Positions 1-9,500 of a stretch of DNA of 21,533 nucleotides are shown piece by piece. The DNA comes from Candidatus Hadarchaeales archaeon (GTDB lineage: Archaea > Hadarchaeota > Hadarchaeia > Hadarchaeales > WYZ-LMO6), in contig JAWCKR010000012.1 of assembly GCA_038851755.1 (NCBI GenBank), positions 1-21,533 of the forward strand, given 5' to 3'. A model generated the notes under the pieces. The model saw nothing but the letters and a program-made list of their open reading frames with translations. It was not told where the DNA came from and ran no database searches. Every line of letters begins with the position of its first letter. Position 1 is the first letter of the stretch. A program made the translations under genes and the position numbers.

Positions 1-2
1 AC

Positions 3-992
3 ATGGACGTGTTCTTGACCAACGTGATCCAGTCCATCTTCGAGTCCCAGCCCAGGGAGCACCCCGAGCTGAAGGTGCTCCTGATCTTCGACGAGGTCCA
101 CAGGCTGCTTCCGAAGTACGGGGGGAGCGGGGCAGGTGAGCTCCAGCTGGAGAGGGCGGTGAGGGAGTTCAGGAAGTGGGGTATAGGGGTGATGCTGGTC
201 TCCCAGACCATCGCCGACTTCTCAGAGACCATCAAGACCAACTGCCGCACCCAGGTGCAGTTCTGGACCAGGGAAGAGGGGGAGCTGCAGCGCATAGCCC
301 AGAAGTACGGGGACGAGCACGTGAGGTCCGTGTCCAGGGCCCCGATAGGCTTCGGGATGGTGGTGAACCCGGACTACAACCGCGGCAGGCCGTACTACGT
401 GAACTTCAGGCCCATCCTGCACTCTCCCTTCAGGCTCTCCCCGGAGGAGCTGGACAAGTACTACGCCGCCGACGACAGGATCGAGAACATCAGGTTCAAG
501 CTGAAGAAGCTCGAGGAGAAGGGGGTCGATGTCTTCGACCTGCGCATCGAGCTGGGCCTGGCCCAGCGCAAGCTGGAGGAGGCCTCCTTCGACATGGTCA
601 ACGCCTACCTGGACTCCCTGGAGCCCAGGGTGGACGAGGTCTGCGCCAAGCACAAGCTGAAGGGCATAAAGAGGGTGATCGAGCTGGTGCCGGAGGAGGA
701 GATCAGGAAGACCCAGATGGCGGCCCTCAGGGAGCGCGAGAGGCAGCTGGCGATGATGAGGAGGCCCCCGGAGATCGTGGAGGCCTACAAGGAGATCCTG
801 GGTCCGAAGAAGGAGGTGAAGCACGGGGAGGCGGAGAAGCCCCTGAAGGAGGAGAAGGAAGAGGAGATGGTGCACCCGGAGGCCAGGGGGGAGAAGCTGG
901 AAGAGGAGCCCAAGGAGAAGGCTAAAGGGGAGGAAAAGAAGAAGAAAAATGGGGGCAAAAACGGTGGCTCCAACGGGAAGAAGAAGGGGTGA
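3..992 (+). CDS. HerA/FtsK/VirB4-superfamily (DUF87-like) P-loop ATPase, C-terminal part; gene begins upstream of the window
   Basis: Walker B LLIFDEVH, arginine-finger motif AVREFRKWG, and LVSQ motif typical of HerA/VirB4-like ATPases. Walker A is not in the window. A helical/coiled-coil domain and a charged low-complexity tail follow. Confidence 0.8.
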   Translation: MDVFLTNVIQSIFESQPREHPELKVLLIFDEVHRLLPKYGGSGAGELQLERAVREFRKWGIGVMLVSQTIADFSETIKTNCRTQVQFWTREEGELQRIAQKYGDEHVRSVSRAPIGFGMVVNPDYNRGRPYYVNFRPILHSPFRLSPEELDKYYAADDRIENIRFKLKKLEEKGVDVFDLRIELGLAQRKLEEASFDMVNAYLDSLEPRVDEVCAKHKLKGIKRVIELVPEEEIRKTQMAALRERERQLAMMRRPPEIVEAYKEILGPKKEVKHGEAEKPLKEEKEEEMVHPEARGEKLEEEPKEKAKGEEKKKKNGGKNGGSNGKKKG

Positions 993-995
993 GGG

Positions 996-1913
996 ATGAA
1001 GCTGAAGAAGAAGGAGGAGAAGGAAGAGAGGAAGGAGGACCCCTCACCCGCACCCTCCCAGGCCGGGGGGGGAGAGAAGGCCCCTCCCCTGGGGATGAGG
1101 CTGGACCAGCTGGAGGCGCAGGTCACCGCCCTCACCAGCTTCAGGGAGGTCTACGATGCCAGGTTCACCACCCTCAGCGAGAAGATAGGGGAGATCAGGT
1201 CCATGGTCCTCACGCAGGCCAAGGACAACGCGGAGCTGAAGGCCAAGGCGGAGAAGGCCCTGATGGCCATAGAGGGGATAAAGCCCGAGGAGTTCAGGGC
1301 GGCCATCATGAGGAGGGACGCCGAGATAGAGAAGCTGAACACCAAGTTCGTGACCCTGGAGGAGATGATCAAGAACCTGATGAACGAGATGAAGGAGTTC
1401 AGGTCCGCCCTGGCCCAGTTCAAGGGGATGGAGGCCATCCTGGGTATGACGGACGAGGCCAGGAAGAACATGATCAGGATCCAGCAGCTGAAGGACCAGG
1501 TGGAGGTGATGTCGGACAAGGTGATGGCGGCCTTCCTGGAGTTCCAGAGGGGCTTCAGGGACGTGACCAACCTCTCCCTGAAGCTCACCACCCTGGAGGA
1601 GACGGTGAAGCCCCTGGAGAAGGCGGTGAGCCAGATGGACGTGGTGGTGAAGCAGGCGGTAACCAAGGCGGAGCTGGCGAAGCTCACGGGTGACCTGGAG
1701 ACCCTTAAGCGCTTGGCTCAGGAGATCAAGGAGCACTACGAGAGGCTCTCCTCCAGGAAGGATGCCCTGGAGGACCTCAGGGCGGAGCAGAGAAGGGAGC
1801 TGAAGAGGCTGGAGGCCAAGTACAGGAAGGAACTGTCGAAGATAAATGCCAAGGTGAGGGTGCTGGAGAGGGTTTCTTCGAGGATCCTGAACCTCCTCCT
1901 CTCCGCTAAGTAG
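996..1913 (+). CDS. Long coiled-coil protein of unknown function (305 aa)
   Basis: Starts 3 bp after the ATPase stop; host-like codon usage; continuous heptad-like L/I/V with E/K pattern from about residue 35 to the end; no TM segment or signal peptide. Confidence 0.85.
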   Translation: MKLKKKEEKEERKEDPSPAPSQAGGGEKAPPLGMRLDQLEAQVTALTSFREVYDARFTTLSEKIGEIRSMVLTQAKDNAELKAKAEKALMAIEGIKPEEFRAAIMRRDAEIEKLNTKFVTLEEMIKNLMNEMKEFRSALAQFKGMEAILGMTDEARKNMIRIQQLKDQVEVMSDKVMAAFLEFQRGFRDVTNLSLKLTTLEETVKPLEKAVSQMDVVVKQAVTKAELAKLTGDLETLKRLAQEIKEHYERLSSRKDALEDLRAEQRRELKRLEAKYRKELSKINAKVRVLERVSSRILNLLLSAK

Positions 1914-1945
1914 CTTAAAAGGCGGGTTTTGCAGGTTTATTTTGA
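1913..1945 (+). promoter_or_regulatory. AT-rich tract: possible terminator of the upstream operon and/or TATA box of minD-like gene 1
   Basis: CTTAAAA and TTTATTTT motifs in a very GC-rich background, directly after the stop at 1913 and about 110-140 bp before the GTG at 2054. Confidence 0.35.
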
Positions 1946-2053
1946 GGGTGGAAAGGTGCACACGGGGTGGGAGAACAAGAGAGGGTCCACAGGCCTATAC
2001 CCTTCCACCCAGGCCGCCCGGCGTAGGGGTTCCGAAGAGGTGAGAGGACGGTC

Positions 2054-2848
2054 GTGAGGAGGAAGGGTTTCGTGCTGGGGGTCTTCTCCGCGAAGGGGGG
2101 CGTGGGAAAGACCACCACCGTCTCCAACCTGGGAGCCGCCCTGGCGCAGAAGAAGAAGGGGAAGGTGGTGATCATGGAGACGAACATGACCGCCTCCAAC
2201 CTGGGCCTCTACCTGGGGGTGGTGGACCCGCCCGTCGTGGTGCAGGACCTCCTCTACGGGAAGCTGAGGCCTGAGGAGGCCCTGGTCAAGACTCCCTACG
2301 GCCTCCATCTCCTCCCGGGGTCGGTGGCCTACACCGATGAGGTAATGGCGGTGGACTTTTCTACCATCGTGGACACCCTGAAGAAGAAGTACGAGATCAT
2401 CCTGCTGGACACCGCCCCAGGCTTCGCCCCGGAGGTCACGGCCGCCATGAGGGTGTGCGATGCGATCATGGTCTGCTGCCAGCCCCAGATCCCGGCCATA
2501 GCGGGTACCCTCCAGACCCTGAGGATGGCGGAGCGCCTGAAGGTGCCGGTGATCGGATGCGTTCTCACCAGGGTGACGGGAAGGAGGTGGGAGATACCCA
2601 TTTCGGAGATCAGGAGGACGCTGGGCTGGCCCGCCTTGGCGGAGATCCCGGAGGACGAGATGGTCCCGGAGAGCATCACCCGGGGGACTCCTGTGGTGCT
2701 CTGGGCCCCCCGCTCCCCGGCGGCGGTGGGCTACCTGAAGCTCTCGGCGCAGCTCCTCTCCCACCTGAGGCGCAGGAAGGTCAAGAAGGGGAGGAAGAAG
2801 ACCAGGCGTTCCCGGCGCCTTCCGGTGATGGTGCCCCCCTCTTCCTAG
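2054..2848 (+). CDS. minD: MinD/ParA-family ATPase (paralogue 1)
   Basis: Deviant Walker A KGGVGKTT, LLDTAPG switch II, EIPED motif; GTG start preceded by GAGGTGA SD-like sequence; basic C-terminal tail. Confidence 0.9.
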   Translation: MRRKGFVLGVFSAKGGVGKTTTVSNLGAALAQKKKGKVVIMETNMTASNLGLYLGVVDPPVVVQDLLYGKLRPEEALVKTPYGLHLLPGSVAYTDEVMAVDFSTIVDTLKKKYEIILLDTAPGFAPEVTAAMRVCDAIMVCCQPQIPAIAGTLQTLRMAERLKVPVIGCVLTRVTGRRWEIPISEIRRTLGWPALAEIPEDEMVPESITRGTPVVLWAPRSPAAVGYLKLSAQLLSHLRRRKVKKGRKKTRRSRRLPVMVPPSS

Positions 2849-3455
2849 CCACCTCCTCCACCGCCCTGGCCGGTGCCTCCCCCAGCCTGCGTTCGAGATC
2901 CTCCAGCAGCCTCCCCGCGAGGGAGCCCAGCTGCCAGAGGTCCACGTAGAGCTGGACGGGAGGTACGGTTCCCTCCCTCCCCAGCTTCAGGAGGTGCTCG
3001 TCCGGGGTCAGGACGAAGAGGTTGGGCCTCTTCCTGCGCGGGCCGTAGATCCTCCTCACCTCCTCGGGAGGGGCGTAGACGAAGACCCTGGAGTAGTCCA
3101 CCGGGCAGGAGCCGAAGAGCCTTCGGTACCCCGAGTGGGCGGTGAGGAGCCCGAGGGAGGAGAGCCTCTCCTCCATCCTGGATATGGCCTCGGCGGAAAA
3201 GGTGGTGTACACCACGTCCCCGGAGATTTCCCTGGTGGCTGCCCAGTAGAGGAGCATCCTCCTGGGATCCACCAGCCTGAAGCCCAGCGGCCTCCTCTCC
3301 ACCATCCCCATCAGCTCGAACTTGCCCACCAGGGGGTTCACCGTCCCCAGGGAGAGACCGCAGCTCCCCGCCAGCTCCTTCTGGTTGAAGAACCTCCTTC
3401 CCTTCTCGTGGTACTGGTGGAGGATTTCCCTCATCACCCTGTCTATCTTCCTCAC
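2781..3455 (-). CDS. Winged helix-turn-helix transcriptional regulator with AbiEi/DUF2186-like C-terminal domain
   Basis: N-terminal HTH (NQKELAGSCGLSLGTVNPLVGKF), DPRRMLLYWA, and C-terminal VPPVQLYVDLW resembling type IV antitoxin-like regulators; GTG start with GGTGGGG SD-like sequence. Confidence 0.75.
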   Translation of the reverse strand: MRKIDRVMREILHQYHEKGRRFFNQKELAGSCGLSLGTVNPLVGKFELMGMVERRPLGFRLVDPRRMLLYWAATREISGDVVYTTFSAEAISRMEERLSSLGLLTAHSGYRRLFGSCPVDYSRVFVYAPPEEVRRIYGPRRKRPNLFVLTPDEHLLKLGREGTVPPVQLYVDLWQLGSLAGRLLEDLERRLGEAPARAVEEVARKRGAPSPEGAGNAWSSSSPS

Positions 3456-3478
3456 TCCCCCACCTTCCCCGCCTCCCC

Positions 3479-3506
3479 TTTTTAAGGTTTCGATTTAAAC
3501 CGAAAC
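3479..3506. promoter_or_regulatory. Divergent promoter with TATA-like boxes and 20-bp palindromic putative operator
   Basis: GTTTCG-A-TTTAAA-C-CGAAAC at 3487-3506 (one mismatched pair); CTTAAAAA on the minus strand starting at 3486, 31 nt before the regulator start codon. Confidence 0.65.
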
Positions 3507-3561
3507 AAAACCGCCCTGGGAAACCCGCGAGGGGGAGGGCGGGGAGAGATTCTATTGGCGG

Positions 3562-6500
3562 GTGGAGGTGCGCACCGTTTCCTGCGAGAGGGCCCAGAGG
3601 AGGGATTCCCCCCCTGCGGGGAGGGGAGAGGCCCCTCTCTCCCTCCTCCTGAGCCTCCTGCTCCTCTTTTCCTCCCTTTCCCCCGTTCTGGCCGAGGATT
3701 GGTACGAGCTGGAGAGCTGGACGGGAGAAGGGGAGGGAACGGCGGGATGGTCGGCCCTGGAGAGCTGGGAGGGAGGGGTGAGGACGCTGGGGCCTCCTCA
3801 GCTGCTCTATCCCCCCCACGCTTCCTTCCTTCCCACGGCCACCCCCACCCTCGACTGGTCGGAGGTGAGCGGGGCCACCTCCTACCAGCTCCTGGTGGAC
3901 AACGATCCGAGCTTCACCTCTCCCGAGGTCAACGTCTTCCCCACCTCCAGCGAGTACGCGGTCCCTTCCCCAGGTCTTTCCGATGGCATCTGGCACTGGA
4001 GGGTCAGGGCCAAGGCCGGAGCCCTCAGCTCCCCCTGGTCGGAGGTCAGGAGCTTCACCGTGGACACGGTCTTTCCCCCCTCACCTTCCCTCTTCCTTCC
4101 CGGGGAGGGGGAGAACCTCCTCGAGGACCAGCCCCTCTTCCTCTGGTCCAGCGTCTGGGACTCCAGTGGCGTGAGCTACATCCTGGAGATAGACAACGAC
4201 CCTGACTTCGGCTCCCCCCTCTACAGGAAAGCGGGGCTGACGGAGAATCAACACAGGCTCGAGAACAAGCTCTGCGAGAACTTCTCCCCCTACCGCTGGA
4301 GGGTCTGCGCCGTGGACGGGGCAGGGAACGAGAACTGGTCCCAGCCCTACACCTTCACCCTGAAGGTCTTTCCCTCCTCCCTGGTCCAGCCCCTCTCCCC
4401 CTACTGGCAGACCTCCTCCCCCATCTCCGTGACGGTCACCGCTTCCGACAACGACGGCACGGTGGAGAACGTGGAGCTCTGGTACCGCTGGTCCCCCGAC
4501 AACTCCAGCTGGAGCTCCTGGATCCTCTACGACAACCTCTCCACCTCTCCCTACACCTTCTCCTTTGTCCCCCCCAGCGGGCAGGGGCACTACCAGTTCT
4601 ATTCCAGGGCGTGGGATGACAGGGGGAACTACGAGCAGGCCCCTCCGGGAGCGGAGGCGGAGGTGGGTTACGACAACACTCCACCCGCCACCCCCTCCCC
4701 CTCCCTTCCCGAGAACGGGGCCACCGTGGAGACCCCCACTCCCACCCTGGGATGGAGCGGAGTGGAGGACGTCTCCGGCGTCACGTACGAGCTGGAGGTG
4801 TACGAGAACCAGAACCTGAATCTCCTCTATCACTTGCTCCTCGCGGAAAACGTGTACCCGCTGGAGAACGCGCTTGAGAGCGGGAGCTACCGGTGGAGGG
4901 TGAAGGCCAGGGATGGAGCGGGATGGGAGAGCGGTTGGTCCGAGAACTACTACTTCACCGTCCGCCTCTGGTGGGGGCTGGAGTCCTGGTGGACGGGCTC
5001 GGCCGGCCAGGGTTTCTGGCGGGAGGTGGAGGGGTGGACGGGGACGGTGGTGGCACCCCATGTGTGGAAGGAACTGGAGGAATGGGGAGGGTCCTGTTCG
5101 ACCAGAGGGGGCTGGGAGAGGGTGGAGGAGTGGGTGATCTTCACGACCTCTCCGGGAGTCTGGCATGTCCTCGAGGGATACGCGGTGTTCCTTCCCTCGT
5201 CCGTCTGCTGGTGCAAGCTGGAAGGCTTTGGTAGTGCCGTAGTGACCCAGCCCCTCTGGAGGGGGGTGGAGGGCTGGCAGGGCGGTGTGGGGGGAATCAC
5301 CGGGGCCTGGAGGGAGACGGAGAGGTGGTCGGCTTCCTTCCAGGTTTTTCAGGGCTCCTGGCTTCCCTCCGACTCCTGGTCCTGTGCCTCCTCTTCCCCC
5401 GTCCCACGGCCCAGCCCGATTTCCCCCAAGGATGGGTACAACACCCAGACCTCCCCCACTCTGGAGTGGGAGAACCTCCAGCCGGCGGATAACTTCCACG
5501 TTCAGGTGGACAACGATCCCGCTTTCCCCTCCCCCAAGGCCGAGGGATGGACCTCTTCCACCTCCTTCGCTCCGGGGCCCCTGCAGGACAACCTGTACTA
5601 CTGGAGGGTGAGGATGTTCCGCTCAGGCGAGAACTCCCCCTGGTCCGAGGTCCGCACCTTCAGGGTCGACACGGTGCCCCCGGCCAAGCCCCAGCTCCTC
5701 TCGGAGAACGAGAACGATTCCACACCCCTCCTGACCTGGCAGGCCCCGCCCGAGAACTCCCTCCCGCTGGCGTACTACGTGGAGGTTTCGACCTCCAAGT
5801 ACTTCGAGCCCGAGAGCGTGGTTGAAAACGTCTGGGTCTCCTCCACCAGCTACGAGACCTCCTTCAAGGAGGACGGTATCTGGTGGTGGAGGGTCCTGGC
5901 CAGGGACAACGCAGGGAACACGGGTCTCTTCTCCGAGGCGCGCAATTTCAGGGTCGACACCCTCCCCCCACTGGTCCCGAGCCTGATCCAGCCGGAGAAC
6001 GGAGGTTGGAGGAGTTCTTCCCCCACCTTCGCATGGCAGTCCGTCGAGGAGAACTCCAAGCCCGTGCTCTACCGCTTCTTCCTGGCATACGATGAGGGCT
6101 TCAACCTGAAGGTGGAGGACCTCTGGACCGCTTCCACCTCCCTCTCCTTCCTCCTTCCGGAGGGCACCTACTGGTGGAGGGTGGGGGCAAGGGACAACGC
6201 TGGGAACTGGAGCGGGTGGTCGGGTGGAAGGTGGTTCAGGATCGATAACACTCCTCCTTCTAAGGTTACCCTACTCCACCCCGAGAACGAGGGTTGCGTT
6301 GGTCAGCAGGTGGAGCTGGAGTGGGAGAACGCGACGGACGAGGGGGCGGGGGTAAGGTGGTACGAGGCGGAGGTGGACACCGACCCTGGCTTTTCCTCCC
6401 CGGAGTGGAGGGAGAACTCCGCGGAAAACCGTTCCTCCATCCTGCTCGAGCCGGGGGAGTACTGCTGGCGCGTCAGGGCATGGGACAACGCAGGGAACCC

Positions 6501-9500
6501 GGGTGAGTGGTCGGGGGTCAGGTGGTTCAGGGTGTGCAGGTGGGAGGCGCTGGAGGGATGGTCGGTGGGCGCCGGGTACTTCCCTGGATGGTACCCGCTG
6601 GAGGGATGGGTGGTCTCTTCCTCGGCGGAAGCGGGCTGGAGGAAGCTGGAGGGTTGGTCCGCGGATGCTCTGGCGGTGGCGGGTTGGTTCTCCCTCGAGA
6701 GCTGGAGTGTTCAGGTGGGGGCCCTCAGCTGGTGGAGGCTCTCGGACTCCTGGGTGGGAAGCGCCCGGACACCCGTCGGATGGAGAGTGGTGGAGGGATG
6801 GGAAGGGGGAACGGAGGCGCTCCCGTGCTGGAGGGTACTGGAGAAGTGGCAGGGACAGCTCTCCTCTCCCCCCTGCTGGTGGGTGCTGGAGGGTTGGATG
6901 GGAGGAATGAACACGGTGGTGGGCTGGAGAGCGCTGGAAGGCTGGCAGCTGCAGTCGGTGGTCCCCTCACTCTGGAGAGCGCTGGAAGGCTGGGCGGTGG
7001 CGGTTCGCTCCTCGATGCTCTGGTACTGCCTGGAGGGCTGGACGGCCTGGTTCTCCCTCCCCTCATGCTGGCGGGTGCTGGAGGGGTGGATGGTGGCTGT
7101 CCACGCTCCGGCTTCCTGGTTGGTCCTGGACTCCTGGCGGGGAGGGATGGAGGCGCCTTCCTCCTGGTTCCTGCTGGAGGGTCGCTCGTCAACGCTGGGG
7201 GCCCCAGCTCTCTGGAGGGGGCTGGAGGGATGGTCCAGCTGGCTCGTCACTCCATCCTTCTGGGGCCATCTGGAGTCCTGGCAGGCGGGAGGCGCCGGGC
7301 CAGCCGAATGGAGGATGCTGGATGCCGGGAGCGCGGGGGTGGGGGCCCAGGCTCACTGGGTGAAGGTGGAGGAGTGGATGAGTGCCGCGAGCGCCCCTGC
7401 CGGGTGGAAGGGGCTGGAGGGGTGGTCGGTAGGGGTGGAGGGCGAGGTGAGGTGGTGCAAACTCGAAGAGGTGGAGGCCTTGGCACGCGCGGGGGCGGGC
7501 TGGAGGGAAATGGAGGGATGGGCGGGCACTCTCTCCTCCCAGCCTTCCGTTTGGAGGGAAGCCGAGGGTTGGTCGGTGGGAGTCTCCTCCCCGCCCCTCT
7601 GGAAGGCGCTGGAAGGTTGGTTGGCCCAGCTCTCCTTCCCGGCTTCCTGGCACCCCTCCGACTCCTGGTCCTGTGCCTCCTCTTCCCCCTTGCCTGCCCT
7701 GCTCCTCCTTTCCCCACCCGATCGGGAGAACACCAAGGACACCACCCCCACTCTGGAGTGGGAGAACCTCCAGCCGGCGGACAACTTCGAGCTCCAGGTG
7801 GACAACGAGCCCACCTTCTCCGAGCCCGTGACCTACTGGAAGAGAGGCCTGACGGTGACTTCCCACGAGCTGGAGAACGGGCTCCAGGACAACCTGTACT
7901 ACTGGAGGGTGAGGATGTTCCGCTCAGGCGAGAACTCCCCCTGGTCCGAGGTCCGCACCTTCAGGGTCGACACGGTGCCCCCGGCCAAGCCCGCTCCCCT
8001 GAGTCCTTTGGCCAGCGAGAACGTGGGGGACAACACCCCCACCCTTACCTGGCAGGCCCCACCGGAGAACTCCCTCCCGCTGACGTACTACGTGGAGGTC
8101 TCCCCCGACAAGGTCAACATAGCGGAGAATGCCTGGGTCTCCTCCACCAGCTACGAGACCTCCTTCAAGGAGGACGGTATCTGGTGGTGGAGGGTCCTGG
8201 CCAGGGACAACGCAGGGAACACGGGTCTCTTCTCCGACTGGAGGAGGTTCCGCGTGGACACCCTTCCTCCCTCCGCGCCCTCCCCCCTCTCCCCAGAGAA
8301 CGACAGGTGGGTGCAGACCTCCCCGCTCCTGAGCTGGAGCGCGGTGGAGGAGAACTCCCTCCCCGTTACCCACAACTTGGTGATCCTCTACTATCCCAGC
8401 CTGCTGGTGAGGGAGAACGTGTGGACGGACTCCACCTCCTTCGCCACCACGCTGGACGAGGGAAGGTACCTCTGGAGGGTGAGGGCCAGGGACAACGCGG
8501 GGAACGTGGGGCCGTGGTCGGAGGACCGTCTCTTCGGCGTGGACAATACCCCTCCCTCGGGGGCTGAGCCCCTCTCCCCCCAGAACGGTGCCTTCTTGGA
8601 CCTCGGCCAGATTCAGCTGGGGTGGACTTCTTCAATGGACGCCCCTTCCGGGGTGGATGGCTACCACCTGCAGGTGGGGGCGGGGCAGGACCTCTCTCCC
8701 ATCCTCCACGAGAACGAGGAGGTGGAAGAGAACACCTACACCTGGGTGCCTCCCTCCCCGGGGATCTACAGCTGGCGCGTGAGGGCTCTCGACCTCGCCG
8801 GGAACGCGAGTGAGTGGTCGGGGGTCAGGTGGTTCAGGGTGTGCAGGTGGGAGGCGCTGGAGGGATGGACGGCCTGGGCTGAGGCGCCAGCGGGATGGGA
8901 GGCGCTGGAGGGATGGGCTGGTCACTCGTCCTCTCCCTCGGGCTGGAGGGCACTGGAGGGATGGGGAGGCGGGATGGAGGCTCCCTTCTCGGGCTGGAGG
9001 GCACTGGAGGGATGGGGCGATGGCGTCCGCGCCGTTCAGGCCTGGTGGAGGGTGGTGGAGGAGTGGACGGTCTTCCTCCCCGCGGGTGTGCTGGCGCCCG
9101 TGCTCCTCTTCCCCGAGAACGGGAGGAACCTGAAAGAGAACGCGCCCACGCTGGGCTGGGAAGCCGTCTTCCTGGCGGACAACTACAGGCTCCAGCTCTC
9201 CTCCGAGGCGCCGGAGTGGAGGGCGGAGAACGCCAGGGTGGGGAGCGAGCCCCTGCAGCTGGTGGACGGTTCCTCCAGAAGGGGGGAGGTGGTGGGAGGG
9301 TCCCTGGAGAACACCTGGTGGGAAGACGGAGTGTGCGAGAACGTGGCGGAGAACGAGGAGGACAACACCCTCAACTGGGAGCACAGGATAGAGAACGTAC
9401 CACCGGCCTCCCTCTACGTGCTCAGGGTGAAAGGCAGGACGAGCGGGGATGAGAACGTGGGAGTCTACCTGTGGGAGACGGGTGGCTGGAGGTTCCTGGG

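Noticed and set aside
3-992. ATPase as part of a HerA-type defence system or the HerA-NurA repair operon
   Set aside because: No Sir2, nuclease, NurA, Mre11 or Rad50 gene downstream; the upstream context is not visible, so this is not fully excluded.
1975-2050. Structured RNA in the 140-bp region before minD1
   Set aside because: Only a 5-bp stem (GGCCT/AGGCC) is evident, which is expected by chance at this GC content; no tRNA or known ncRNA pattern.
6541-7689. 48-bp periodic CTGGAGGGxTGG motif as a CRISPR-like or non-coding array
   Set aside because: The repeats are short, degenerate at synonymous positions, in frame within a continuous ORF, and no cas genes or leader are present.
5584-8237. 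~105-bp repeat pairs as DGR template/variable repeats
   Set aside because: The copies are identical rather than differing at adenines, both are coding, and there is no reverse transcriptase in the window.
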